DNA of 64,000 bases from Candidatus Omnitrophota bacterium (lineage in GTDB: Bacteria; Omnitrophota; Gorgyraeia; Zapsychrales; Fredricksoniimonadaceae), in the NCBI GenBank assembly GCA_903944345.1, contig CAJARJ010000009.1:1875-65874 (forward strand). The letters are read 5' to 3'. Below the pieces are notes generated by a model. That model was not told the origin of the DNA and searched no databases. It was given only the letters and a program-made list of their open reading frames with translations. Position numbers and translations under genes: made by a program. Positions 10,175-19,987 of this stretch are shown here, piece after piece. Position 1 is the first letter of the stretch. Each line of letters starts with the position of its first letter.

Positions 10175-12217
10175 TTACATATAGTAGTCCACTTCCTGCT
10201 CTCGATGAATATCCTGACGGACACGAATAACATGCGCAGGGATATGCTGCGGATCAAGCTGTATCATAATCCGCTCCCCCTGCCAAAGATATTTCTGACC
10301 ACTAACCAGATCTTCAGCCGTATAGGGATGATCGGTCTTGATTCCCAATTCCGCCATTGGAACAGTGAGCCAGCCCGACTGAACGTGGTAAGGATCAAGA
10401 TTAACGATCACAATGATAATGTTCCCGTAATCTCCGGTGGCCTTGTAATACGCCAGCAGATTTTCATTCTCGACACGACAAAAACGGATATTGCGCGTCA
10501 ATTGTAATGCCGGGTTCTCCCTGCGAATAGTATTAAGCCTGGACAGAAGATCTTTAATATTCCCGGGCCGATCCCAATCCCAACGCCTAAGCTCGTACTT
10601 CTCGGAATCGAGGTACTCTTCCCTACCGGGCAAAGCCTCTTTGAGGCACAGCTCAAACGCCGGCCCGTAAATCCCGTAATTAGAGGACATCGTTGCCGCC
10701 AGAACAGCCCGCATAGCATAGGCAGGACGCCCTCCATATTGCAGTTGTTCAGGAAAGATATCCGGGGTATTCGGCCAGAAATTGGGACGGAAGAACTCTG
10801 CCACCTCGGTTCTGGCCAGCTCACCCAGATACTCTTCGAACTCTTTTTTTGTATTCCGCCAGGTAAAGTAAGTATATGACTGATTAAATCCTCCCTTGGC
10901 AAGCCGATACATGATCTTGGGTCGGGTAAAAGCCTCAGCAAGAAACACCGCCTGGGGATACTTCTTTCTGACCTCGGCAATCACCCAATCCCAGAATTCA
11001 AAAGGCTTCGTATGGGGATTGTCCACCCGGAATATGGTCACTCCCTGCTCGGCCCAGAACAGGAAAATACTCTTAAGTTCTGTCCAGAGGCCCATGCGGT
11101 CGGCTGTATCAAAGTTAAAAGGAAGAACATCTTCATATTTTTTAGGCGGATTCTCGGCGTACTGCACCGTGCCGTCAGGACGCCACTTGAACCATTCAGG
11201 ATGCTCGGCAACATAAGGATGATCCGGAGAACACTGAAAAGCGATATCCAGCGCCACCAACATTCCCTGTTTACCGGCACTGGCAACCAAAGTGCGAAAA
11301 TCCGCCAAGGTTCCCAGATCAGGATGAACTGATTTGTGCCCACCGTCCTTGTTGCCAATAGCCCAGGGGCAGCCGACATCATCGGCCTGACAGGAAGTCG
11401 CATTGTTTTTGCCCTTGCGAAATTTGATCCCTATAGGATGAATCGGAGGAAAATAGACAACATCAAAGCCCATTGCCGCGATCTCGGGGAGAATTCGTTC
11501 ACAATCCTTGAAAGTTCCGTGTTTACCGGCAGCCAAACCCCATGAACGGGGAAAGAATTCATACCATGCGCTGAAGCGGGCACGGGGATCGTCGGCCTGG
11601 GCACGCAGCTCTCTCGGATATGTATAGCTTTTGGCAGGATCCAGATTCGCCTCCATAATATCCAGTAATTCCCGGCTCAAGGCAGCCTCCAGAGCCTTCG
11701 AATGATCTTTGTGTTGCAAACTCTTAAGCAAAGAAGCCAGCTCTTTGGCGGAAACACCGGAAAGACGTTGTGCTGTTTGCGTAACAATGCCAATCCCGAT
11801 CTTAAGATCCACAGCGACATCCTGTGCCGCCTCGACACGTTTCTCAAAATCCTTGCGCCAGGAGAGAAAGTCATTGATATAGCCACGAACTGTATATAAA
11901 TAATCACACTTCTGCGTTATAGTAAATGAAGCCATCCACAAATCATTCCCCAGATCCTTCATACGGATCTCTTTCCACTCTGTGGCGATAACAGGCCGAT
12001 ATAACAGCGTTGCGGCAACCTGATCGTGCCCGTCTGCAAAAACATCCGCACGAACAACCACCGCTTCGCCAACAACCCGTTTGACCGGAAATCTCCCCTC
12101 ATCTATCTGCGGAGAAACCCGTTCAATCATAATTCGCGGTACAAGAGTTAACTCAGCGACAGACCCTGCGTTCTTTCTGGAAGACGTTTTCGACTGCATA
12201 AAAACGAAACCTTTCAT
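10175..12217 (-). CDS. glgE: alpha-1,4-glucan:maltose-1-phosphate maltosyltransferase
   Basis: 680 aa, GH13_3 with the FRVDNPHTKPFEFWDW block and GlgE-type N-terminus (RIMIERVSPQIDEGRFPVK). Confidence 0.8.
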   Translation of the reverse strand: MKGFVFMQSKTSSRKNAGSVAELTLVPRIMIERVSPQIDEGRFPVKRVVGEAVVVRADVFADGHDQVAATLLYRPVIATEWKEIRMKDLGNDLWMASFTITQKCDYLYTVRGYINDFLSWRKDFEKRVEAAQDVAVDLKIGIGIVTQTAQRLSGVSAKELASLLKSLQHKDHSKALEAALSRELLDIMEANLDPAKSYTYPRELRAQADDPRARFSAWYEFFPRSWGLAAGKHGTFKDCERILPEIAAMGFDVVYFPPIHPIGIKFRKGKNNATSCQADDVGCPWAIGNKDGGHKSVHPDLGTLADFRTLVASAGKQGMLVALDIAFQCSPDHPYVAEHPEWFKWRPDGTVQYAENPPKKYEDVLPFNFDTADRMGLWTELKSIFLFWAEQGVTIFRVDNPHTKPFEFWDWVIAEVRKKYPQAVFLAEAFTRPKIMYRLAKGGFNQSYTYFTWRNTKKEFEEYLGELARTEVAEFFRPNFWPNTPDIFPEQLQYGGRPAYAMRAVLAATMSSNYGIYGPAFELCLKEALPGREEYLDSEKYELRRWDWDRPGNIKDLLSRLNTIRRENPALQLTRNIRFCRVENENLLAYYKATGDYGNIIIVIVNLDPYHVQSGWLTVPMAELGIKTDHPYTAEDLVSGQKYLWQGERIMIQLDPQHIPAHVIRVRQDIHREQEVDYYM

Positions 12218-12311
12218 TTAACTGCTAATATGGCTTTGACCCATTTGTAATCTACAAGTTCTCTATTATAAATCTGACTGATAAATTGGGGAGAATTAAT
12301 TCAAGAAACTA

Positions 12312-13469
12312 TCAGCCACATGGCGGACTGACAAGCGGGATTGTAAAAAAGAAACAGCTGCCCTCTCCGGGGACGGAATGAAGCCATATGCGCCCGCCAT
12401 GACACCTGACAATTTCCCTGCAAATCGACAAACCGAGGCCGGTCCCACCCACTTTCCTGGCGGGACTTCCCACCTGACGGAACTTCTCAAAAAGTTTTGG
12501 CTGATCTTCCTGTTTTATCCCGATCCCGGTATCAGCCACCGAAAAAACGATACCTTCCTGGTTATCCAATACGGCACCTATCGTAACCGATCCATCAAGT
12601 GTAAATTTCATGGCATTATGGAGCAGATTGACAAAAACCTGGATCAAGCGATCCTTGTCTGCCCGCATAAGAGGCAGATCAGGGGTAACCTTTCTGATAA
12701 CGGCTAAATTCCTCTCCCGGAACAAAGGTGTATGCATATCAATGATATCTTCTACGATCTCCTTAGGGGAGATCATTGCAAAATCCAGATCCATCCTGCC
12801 TGACTCGAACTTGGCCAGATCCAGAATATCGTTGATCAGGCGGCCTAACCGCTCGACACCCGTCCTTGTCCGGCCGACAAAACATTTCTGGTCATCTGAA
12901 AGTCGCCCCAGCGCATCGGAATCAAGAATATCCAAAGACGATTTGATTAATGCTAACGGCGTGCGCAATTCATGAGAAACAGTATACGTAAGCTGTTGCT
13001 GCGATTCATACATATCCTTGAGCTTCGCACTTAGCTCTTCAAGCTCCGCATTTCGTTTCTGCAGACTCTCGAGCAAACTGCGATTCTGCCGAACCAGATC
13101 CACCCGCTCAATGGACTCGTGCACCAAAGCCCGCAATTCCTGAAGCTCGAATGGCTTACCGAGCAAACGGTAAACTTCCCCCTTATTGATGGCATCTTCT
13201 GCTACTTGCACATCGGCATAACCCGTAAAAAGAATCCGAACCGCTTCCGGTTTTATTTCTTTGGCCAACCGCAGAAAATCGACTCCAGATATCCCCGGCA
13301 TACGGTTATCGGAAAGGACTACCTTGACATCCGAAGTTTCAATAATATGCAGAGCTTCGCGATAGTCTTTTGTCACCGCCGCACCATAAGTCTCATTTCT
13401 GAACAATCGAACACACAAATCCAGAATGCTCTGCTCGTCATCGAGAATGAGGACATTTACTTCGGGCAT
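12312..13469 (-). CDS. hybrid two-component protein: N-terminal receiver domain plus histidine kinase (HisKA + HATPase_c)
   Basis: Receiver domain (LILDDE...D in LSDNRMPG), a coiled-coil linker, H-box VSHELRTPL, then N/G1/G2 boxes (LLHNAMKF, DTGIGI, GGTGLGLSI). Confidence 0.8.
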   Translation of the reverse strand: MPEVNVLILDDEQSILDLCVRLFRNETYGAAVTKDYREALHIIETSDVKVVLSDNRMPGISGVDFLRLAKEIKPEAVRILFTGYADVQVAEDAINKGEVYRLLGKPFELQELRALVHESIERVDLVRQNRSLLESLQKRNAELEELSAKLKDMYESQQQLTYTVSHELRTPLALIKSSLDILDSDALGRLSDDQKCFVGRTRTGVERLGRLINDILDLAKFESGRMDLDFAMISPKEIVEDIIDMHTPLFRERNLAVIRKVTPDLPLMRADKDRLIQVFVNLLHNAMKFTLDGSVTIGAVLDNQEGIVFSVADTGIGIKQEDQPKLFEKFRQVGSPARKVGGTGLGLSICREIVRCHGGRIWLHSVPGEGSCFFFTIPLVSPPCG

Positions 13470-13521
13470 AAATCAACTCCTGTCGGGCTATACTCCCGAT
13501 ATTAGAACAACACCAAGACTT

Positions 13522-15936
13522 TCAGCCAAGCAAGGGGTCATTGCCTGGAGTAACAATACCCGAATCAAGCGGAATAAAAAGACTGGCGATTGTACCCTTG
13601 CCGGGTTCACTCTCATAACGCAAGTCACCCCCGTGCGCCTTGAGAATGCCGTAACACACCGCCAGACCGATTCCAGTGCCAGTTTCTTTGGTAGTAAAGA
13701 AAGGTTCCATGATTCTCTTGCGAACTTCCGGCGTCATTCCCTTTCCAGTGTCCCGAAAATCAATATTCAAGAACCCACCTTCAAGTCTGGTGATAATCGT
13801 AATAGTCCCGCCCTCCGGCATCGCTTCTTTGGCATTGGTCAGAATATTCATAAAAACTTCATGTATCTGCTGCTCATCAACAACAAGGCAAACATCCCCG
13901 GCCTGATAATCACGGACAATAACAATCTTGTAGATTACGGCATACTGCTTTTCAAGAATACCCGCGACCGATTCAATACATTGCACCATATTGACCTGGG
14001 ACACCTGACCTTTGCTGGGCCTGGCAAAACGCAGAACCCGACGAATGACTTCCTTGGCTCTTTTGCATTCCTGGACAATGCTTTCAAAACATCTGCGTTC
14101 TTCCGCATCCACAGTCCGGGACAAAAGAGCCAGCTCAGCATTACCGGATATAATCATAAGAGGATTATTAATTTCATGCGAAATCTCGGCCACCAGGCGA
14201 CCAAGTGAGGCAAACTTCTCGGAATGAACCAGACGATCCTGGGAAAGTTTTAATGTCTCAAAACTTTGTTCCAGCTCACGACGAATCCTGTTATTCTCCT
14301 CCAGCATCTCCATCATTCGTAAACGTCCCTGACGCTCTTCTTCGAGCGCCAGCGAAAGGGAAAGCTCCGCCTGCTTGAGAGCTGTAATATCTATCTCGGA
14401 ACCTGCCATGCGCAGCAAACGCTGATCTTCCGCACGGACCGCCTTCCCCCTGTTAATAACATGACGCACGCTCCCGTCTTTATGCAAAAGACGGTATTCG
14501 GCTGAAAATATTGTCTCTGCCCCGCCCACAAAACAGGCAAGATTGTTTCTGAAACCCGTCATATCATCCGGATGAATGCCGTAATCGAGGGAATACCGCG
14601 AAGCAAGGTCTTCGTCCGGAAGACAACCTCGCAACAGTCTCCAGCGGGTTGAAACAGTAAGCTGCTTAAGTTCTGCATCCCAGTCCCAAACTGCACCTGA
14701 AGCTCCCTCCAAAACAAGCTCATACCTAGAAAGCAAGGATTCAATTCTGAACTGAGCCTTCTTGAACAACCCGATATCTTCTATAACCCAGATTACTCCC
14801 TGATCGAGGTCGTTCTTGTTCAAAGCCCGTCCGGAAAGCGAACACCATACAGGTTCACCATCCCTACGGCGCATCTCATATTCAATCTGCAAATGATCGC
14901 CCGAGGTCAATTGATAATAGTGCTCACGACCAAACTCTTCAAAACGCCGGTTATCAAGATGAAGATCCCTCATACTGATCCCATTCATGCTTTCAGGATC
15001 AGGATACCCAAACATGTCGGCCAGACGCTGGTTTCCTCTAAACAGTGTTCGCCCCCCCTTGAGAAACATAATGCCGACCTGGGAATTATTAAATATGCTT
15101 TCAAACTCGTTTTGGGCACGTTTTTTTTCGGTTATGTCCATCAGTACGCCCTGATAGAAAATGGGGCGCCCCTCCGGACTACGTTTGATCCTGGTCCGAT
15201 CATCAACCCAACGAACCTCACCGGAACCAGTCAATATGCGATACTCCTGAATAAATTCATCACAACCTCTGCCGGTGTTTTCCTCGACCTCCTGCGCAAC
15301 CCGTCGGGCGTCTTCAGGATGAATTATCGAGGCAAAGGATAACTTGCCACTCTGGAAGTCTTCTGGCTGATACCCGAGAGACAAAACATTCTGCGAAACA
15401 TATTTTACCGGCCAGCTGGCCTCGGCTTTCCAGATCCAGGCAATAACGGGAGACGACTCGATAATCGACTCCAGATCCTTGCGCAAACGGATCTCATCCT
15501 CAATCGGCCCCATATCCTGGATAACCCCCACCAAAGCGGTTACCCCTCCCCACATTGAAGGCAGAATGCTTTTATGAAAAATGACATCGCGTGGAATACC
15601 TGGCTGATCATAGACACGAGTCGTATAAACCAATGCCTGACGCTGATCCAGAAGTTCCTGATCGCGAAGACAATGTGCTTGCGCCGTTTCCTGGGGAAGA
15701 AAATCAAAAGGCGTACGACCAAGTATCTCGCTCTTTGATTTCCCTATAAAAGATTCAAAAGCACCATTACAAGCGAGATATTTCCCTGCACAATCCCTGA
15801 AAAAAAGAGGGGCAGGTATAGCATCCAGAAGAAAACTGAAGAACGGGGAGCGAATAAAAAAAGAACAAAAAATACGGCAGAAGGGAGTTCCGGAGAAATC
15901 TGCCTTAACGGCTGCAGGGAACGAAGGAACGTTCAT
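13522..15936 (-). CDS. multi-PAS sensor histidine kinase
   Basis: 804 aa with several PAS-like segments, H-box ISHEINNPL and HATPase blocks (NILTNAKEA, DTGKGM, GTGIGL). Lies 53 nt upstream of the hybrid kinase on the same strand. Confidence 0.8.
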   Translation of the reverse strand: MNVPSFPAAVKADFSGTPFCRIFCSFFIRSPFFSFLLDAIPAPLFFRDCAGKYLACNGAFESFIGKSKSEILGRTPFDFLPQETAQAHCLRDQELLDQRQALVYTTRVYDQPGIPRDVIFHKSILPSMWGGVTALVGVIQDMGPIEDEIRLRKDLESIIESSPVIAWIWKAEASWPVKYVSQNVLSLGYQPEDFQSGKLSFASIIHPEDARRVAQEVEENTGRGCDEFIQEYRILTGSGEVRWVDDRTRIKRSPEGRPIFYQGVLMDITEKKRAQNEFESIFNNSQVGIMFLKGGRTLFRGNQRLADMFGYPDPESMNGISMRDLHLDNRRFEEFGREHYYQLTSGDHLQIEYEMRRRDGEPVWCSLSGRALNKNDLDQGVIWVIEDIGLFKKAQFRIESLLSRYELVLEGASGAVWDWDAELKQLTVSTRWRLLRGCLPDEDLASRYSLDYGIHPDDMTGFRNNLACFVGGAETIFSAEYRLLHKDGSVRHVINRGKAVRAEDQRLLRMAGSEIDITALKQAELSLSLALEEERQGRLRMMEMLEENNRIRRELEQSFETLKLSQDRLVHSEKFASLGRLVAEISHEINNPLMIISGNAELALLSRTVDAEERRCFESIVQECKRAKEVIRRVLRFARPSKGQVSQVNMVQCIESVAGILEKQYAVIYKIVIVRDYQAGDVCLVVDEQQIHEVFMNILTNAKEAMPEGGTITIITRLEGGFLNIDFRDTGKGMTPEVRKRIMEPFFTTKETGTGIGLAVCYGILKAHGGDLRYESEPGKGTIASLFIPLDSGIVTPGNDPLLG

Positions 15937-16101
15937 TCTTTCATCTCCGGAATGACTTTGTCAAAAAAATAAGTCCGAACTTCCTGTTGCAAAAGAAATC
16001 CAGCTTCAAACCCTATGAAAATAATAACATCTGCAACATCTTTTAGAAACACTTTCCTTGGTAGTTTTGTTATATAAACTTCGGCTCTACGGGCGTCTGC
16101 A

Positions 16102-16400
16102 GCTCAAAAACTCGCTTGGTGGCAGACATCCTCTCCGCACACGGGTAAGCACTTTTCGCACTTGACTCACACGCTTCTTAGAAAAACCTAAAGTCGAACC
16201 TTTCGCGGGGGGCTTCAAAAACAGGCCTGCTTTGGCGTTGCCCTTTTCTGCGGTTCGGGGACGTCTGCCAGTCGCTCAGACAGTTTTCGCACGCTTCGTT
16301 TCTCCCGGAAGCAAAAAACACGATGCTTTGAAGAAAACTCAGCGGCTCAAAAACTCGCTTGGTGGCAGACATCCTCCCCGCATACGGGCAACTACTTTCG
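16102..16400. repeat. degenerate ~55-bp direct repeat pair (about 90% identical) 243 bp apart, in a tRNA-proximal non-coding tract
   Basis: GCTCAAAAACTCGCTTGGTGGCAGACATCCT(C/T)CCCGCA(C/T)ACGGG...TTTCG occurs at about 16102-16158 and 16345-16400. The segments that follow are further diverged copies (TTTTCGCAC/TTTCGAG motifs recur). The six-frame ORFs here (16178-16372, 16232-16663) are not credible genes. Confidence 0.55.
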
Positions 16401-16477
16401 AGTCCTGCTTCCTAATCTGCAAAAAAGCCTTATCCTTTCGGATAAGGCTTTATATTTGGTGGGCCTTGCAGGACTCG
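16395..16477. repeat. 83-bp exact direct repeat, copy 1: terminator hairpin plus the 3'-terminal 21 nt of tRNA-Lys(CTT), with no tRNA body (att-core-like remnant)
   Basis: Identical to 16564-16646. Past the repeat it diverges from the tRNA (GTGCCCTTCTCTCG versus AACCTGCCACCC). Confidence 0.8.
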
Positions 16478-16563
16478 GTGCCCTTCTCTCGCTTCGCTCG
16501 TTCGGGTCATCCCTCCGCCCCGCCTCAAGGAAGCTCCCTTTTCGGTCGCTTCCAGCGGGGCTC

Positions 16564-16646
16564 CTTTCGAGTCCTGCTTCCTAATCTGCAAAAAAGCCTT
16601 ATCCTTTCGGATAAGGCTTTATATTTGGTGGGCCTTGCAGGACTCG
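16564..16646. repeat. 83-bp exact direct repeat, copy 2: overlaps the genuine tRNA-Lys(CTT) 3' end and its terminator
   Basis: Identical to 16395-16477. The spacer between the copies is 86 bp of unrelated GC-rich sequence. Confidence 0.8.
16591..16621 (-). terminator. rho-independent terminator of tRNA-Lys(CTT)
   Basis: On the minus strand: AAGCCTTATCC-GAAA-GGATAAGGCTT followed by TTTTTT. It is present again in the duplicated copy (16422-16452). Confidence 0.65.
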
Positions 16647-16701
16647 AACCTGCCACCCAGTGATTAAGAGTCACTTGCTCTACCAGATGAGCTAAAGGCC
16701 C
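16626..16701 (-). tRNA. tRNA-Lys (anticodon CTT), CCA encoded
   Basis: Acceptor GGGCCTT/AAGGCCC, D-arm GCTC..GAGC, anticodon stem AGTGA/TCACT with loop CTCTTAA, T-arm GCAGG-TTCGAGT-CCTGC, 3' ACCA. Confidence 0.85.
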
Positions 16702-16785
16702 GGAAAACGAATTTAGATTTGCGCTTCCAGAAGCGATATTATACAAATCGACTTGGAATTGTCTATCGTTTTTTTCTATAACATA

Positions 16786-19185
16786 TTATTTTATATCGAC
16801 AATAATCGGACGCATACCAGATAAACTCCCCGGATACACATTATCTGTTTGAAAAAAGACCCCCTCCCCGACAGAAAAAGTATCTATCCCCATGGAAGAA
16901 GGATTCATATCGATACCACCCACCGGGTCAGAATTAACAGTTTCAGCAAACTCCTGGGAACGCATTTTGATATACACATCTCTTTCCTCGGAAAGAGCTA
17001 TCTGATCCTGGGCCACAAAAGTTTCCGGAAGCGGCATCCCCAGCGCCAAACGTGCCACAACCGAAAACGCCGTACCTAAAGCCGCCCCCCCTCTCATAAG
17101 AGGATTAATCTGGTAAAACAACCATTCAAAATCTGCCAGCGCGCGATTACGCTCATCAATAGACAAATTATTCATCAAAAGCCCGCTCCAAACTTTCTCT
17201 AGTTCCTGCATTATGGCAAGAATATCCGGTTTAAGCCCAGAGTAAATAAGATAGAAATAATCTTCATATTTGTCGAATATAATAATTTGCTCAAAATCAG
17301 TATGTCCTAGAAATGACTTCTGCCGGAAAACACCAAATTGCTTAAACCGGTTAAGAAGCTGCAACACCTCATCCGGGGTCTTATCCGTATTAATATATCG
17401 AGCCTCATGCTTGATTGCATAAAACTCCTCCAAAGATCCTTCCTTAACAAGTTGCTGAATTTGTTCTGATGAAAATACTTTCCTAAGATTTGAGGCATAA
17501 GTACCAATTCGAAAATCCGACTCTCTCTGATTATTCCCCTCCCAAAATTGATAAAAACCTTTCCGGGCAAAGAAATTGTTCAACTTCCAATATAGATCGC
17601 TATATCTTCCTTCCGTAGAAACAGAAGAATACGGCTCGCCACCCTTGCCTTGTATGTACGCCAAACCAAATTGGCGCATCGTTCTGGACTGCTCACTATT
17701 CCACCGCCTCTCCAGCCATTCAATCCGCAGGCGCGCTGTCAACAAACCTTGAAAGATTGTCCAGAAATTCATCTTGCGAGCATCAACCGCCAGAATCGCC
17801 GCCGTCATTTCATTGCGATAAACATCAGATGCCTTACCCTGTCGTGCAATCATCTGCGCCACCGAGCGCCATCGGGAGCTTCCCATCTGCAAAGTCAGTT
17901 CTTTCTCAATCCAACGGATGCCAGACCACTTGCTCCCCTGGAAAAGATGCATTGTTCTGGCCCACAAAGAGCGCCGCAACCAGACCGATACTGAAGAAGC
18001 CCGTATCCCTTCAATGTCTATTGAAAGCTCCTGCGGACCGTTGATTGGCCTGAATGAACTCAAGACTTTTGCAGAAACAGATTCATTGTTGGCCTGCATC
18101 GAAGCGTCAACCTCTACCTGAGCAGACAAAAAACCAGGGGCAACCGCAGATGCAACAAGAGCCTGCGGCCAAGCCGCAGGAGACCATCCTCCGGAAAAAT
18201 ATTTACGCGGCAAAACATCCCCGGTCAACAGATCATACCCCTCATAAACGCGATCGAACGCTCCGCTTGAGAAATGGCGGACATAGCGCTGGAACACCTT
18301 CTCTGGAACAAAAGGATCCGGAGCCGCAATGCCTTCCGTAATACTTCTGTCACGATAACGCCGGGTGAGATCCCCGTTTTTGACCGCACGTTTGTACCAG
18401 GCCGCCAGGGCCATTGACTGGTAAATCCGGCGCAACTCCACGAAACTTGCTCCGATGTTAACTTCCCGCTCGATAAATGGCAGAACTATTTCTCGAAAGA
18501 GCTCGCAAAAGATTTCTCTGACCCGGTCTTGTGTCTCCGAAAGAAGCCTACCCGACTCCAACGAATAGTCGCTGTCCAGCAGGACTTTCATGTGTGCATC
18601 TGTAAGATAAACCTCAGATCCTCGGCTATAGAACACAGCCCGGTCTGGCACAATCCAGACCTTGTGGGCAAAATCCATCGGAATATCTGTTGTGCCATAC
18701 TCCTGCCTGAGGCGATCATCCAGAGCTTTCCAGAACCTTTTCCCCGTACCCGAAGAAGGGTTTAAAAGAAAGGAACTCAACAGTTTTAATCGCCGGTCTT
18801 GTTCAAGAAGAGCCTGCCCCATATGTGTCTGACCGAACTCTTCGGTAATAATGCGGTTTTTCTCCAACGGGGAAAGGTTAACCCATTGATGTGACTCCGG
18901 AACAGTCAAAGCCGTCAGAAAGTATTCGATTTGCCGTGTTATACGGACTTTAGAGAGACTCTGTCTTGCAACCTGTGCCGGAGGGTTAAGGTAAAATTTG
19001 ATCCTTAACGGATTGGATAAATCTAACTTCATGCCAGTCAATGACATCGATTCAGGAAAAGATGCCGGAACAGCAACAGGGTTCTCAGGACAAACTTGTG
19101 CAGAAACAAATGAAGCCCAGACCGGAAAACAACACATCTGGATCAGCAAAACAAGCACCATCGCCAGCTCTTTGCTTACAATCAT
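16786..19185 (-). CDS. large secreted hypothetical protein (799 aa), no domain recognised
   Basis: Long uninterrupted ORF whose N-terminal h-region (LAMVLVLLIQMCCFPVWASFVSAQ) looks like a signal peptide. No motif I can assign. Lies just 5' of tRNA-Lys(CTT). Confidence 0.7.
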   Translation of the reverse strand: MIVSKELAMVLVLLIQMCCFPVWASFVSAQVCPENPVAVPASFPESMSLTGMKLDLSNPLRIKFYLNPPAQVARQSLSKVRITRQIEYFLTALTVPESHQWVNLSPLEKNRIITEEFGQTHMGQALLEQDRRLKLLSSFLLNPSSGTGKRFWKALDDRLRQEYGTTDIPMDFAHKVWIVPDRAVFYSRGSEVYLTDAHMKVLLDSDYSLESGRLLSETQDRVREIFCELFREIVLPFIEREVNIGASFVELRRIYQSMALAAWYKRAVKNGDLTRRYRDRSITEGIAAPDPFVPEKVFQRYVRHFSSGAFDRVYEGYDLLTGDVLPRKYFSGGWSPAAWPQALVASAVAPGFLSAQVEVDASMQANNESVSAKVLSSFRPINGPQELSIDIEGIRASSVSVWLRRSLWARTMHLFQGSKWSGIRWIEKELTLQMGSSRWRSVAQMIARQGKASDVYRNEMTAAILAVDARKMNFWTIFQGLLTARLRIEWLERRWNSEQSRTMRQFGLAYIQGKGGEPYSSVSTEGRYSDLYWKLNNFFARKGFYQFWEGNNQRESDFRIGTYASNLRKVFSSEQIQQLVKEGSLEEFYAIKHEARYINTDKTPDEVLQLLNRFKQFGVFRQKSFLGHTDFEQIIIFDKYEDYFYLIYSGLKPDILAIMQELEKVWSGLLMNNLSIDERNRALADFEWLFYQINPLMRGGAALGTAFSVVARLALGMPLPETFVAQDQIALSEERDVYIKMRSQEFAETVNSDPVGGIDMNPSSMGIDTFSVGEGVFFQTDNVYPGSLSGMRPIIVDIK

Positions 19186-19312
19186 AAGGGAAAGATAACA
19201 TATAGCAACTTACAGAAACAATACGAATGTAGTTCCTGAACTGAAGAATCCAAAGAACAAAAAAAGTCATTGAAACCAGATCATGAACGAATCGCAGAAT
19301 AGCGCAAAAGAG

Positions 19313-19975
19313 TTACCACGACTCAGCAAAACCTTCACTGGCAGAGAACGTAATCAATCTGCCTGCCAGTTCCATGAAAGAAAAGCCACATGCCGTCTGA
19401 ATCCATTCCAATGTTCTGCAATGATAGAAAATAACATGCGTCGGGTCGTTCTTGTAATACCAGCTTTTGAAATCAACTTCCTCACTATAAATATGCGTCA
19501 TACATATAAGCGAGCCTCCCGGCTTCAAAAGTGACCTCAAGAGGGCAAATTCACGATAAGGATAATAAAAATGTTCCATCACTTCGCAACAAACAATAAA
19601 GTCATAGGTTCTCTGCAACTTCTCCGGATGGTTACAGAAAATAGGGTCGTAAAGCTCAATCTTATACCCCTTCTCGCCTAACAATTTGGCAATAACCGGA
19701 CCTGTCCCACACCCGAAATCCAGCCCTTGATGGCGGCCGGGAATAAATTTCTTCTCAACCTCCATCACGACCGGGGAAACAAAGTTCTGATAGGCAATAT
19801 CATCAACATCATTGTTATGGAGCAGGTAACGGCGTTTTTCATCGTCTATCGAAAGACGTGCGGAAGGATGCAAAAATACTGCAAGACAACAACAACATTT
19901 ATAATACTTGCTATCCTCTGCCCCAAAAAGAGCTGACTGCCCCTGGCATAAAGGACAAAGGATCACATTTGTCAT
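19313..19975 (-). CDS. class I SAM-dependent methyltransferase with an N-terminal Cys4 zinc-ribbon
   Basis: CPLC...CCCC ribbon, then motif I LDFGCGTGP, a post-I acidic residue (ELYD) and motif II-like DFIVCCEV. Confidence 0.7.
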   Translation of the reverse strand: MTNVILCPLCQGQSALFGAEDSKYYKCCCCLAVFLHPSARLSIDDEKRRYLLHNNDVDDIAYQNFVSPVVMEVEKKFIPGRHQGLDFGCGTGPVIAKLLGEKGYKIELYDPIFCNHPEKLQRTYDFIVCCEVMEHFYYPYREFALLRSLLKPGGSLICMTHIYSEEVDFKSWYYKNDPTHVIFYHCRTLEWIQTACGFSFMELAGRLITFSASEGFAESW

Positions 19976-19987
19976 AGGAATTCTTCT

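Noticed and set aside
13426-14208. 260-aa plus ORF
   Set aside because: It is antisense to the multi-PAS histidine kinase, which has clear H-box and ATPase motifs.
16111-16135. TTGGTGG...CAGAC core in the 55-bp repeats resembling the tRNA-Lys 3' end (TTGGTGGGCCTTGCAGGAC)
   Set aside because: The similarity is short and gapped. It could be a decayed att core, but it is not distinguishable from chance. It is mentioned only inside the scar finding.
16232-16663. 143-aa plus ORF and the 64-aa minus ORF (16178-16372) in the tRNA-Lys repeat tract
   Set aside because: They span the direct repeats and terminator hairpins. There is no RBS, and their composition reflects the repeats, not coding sequence.
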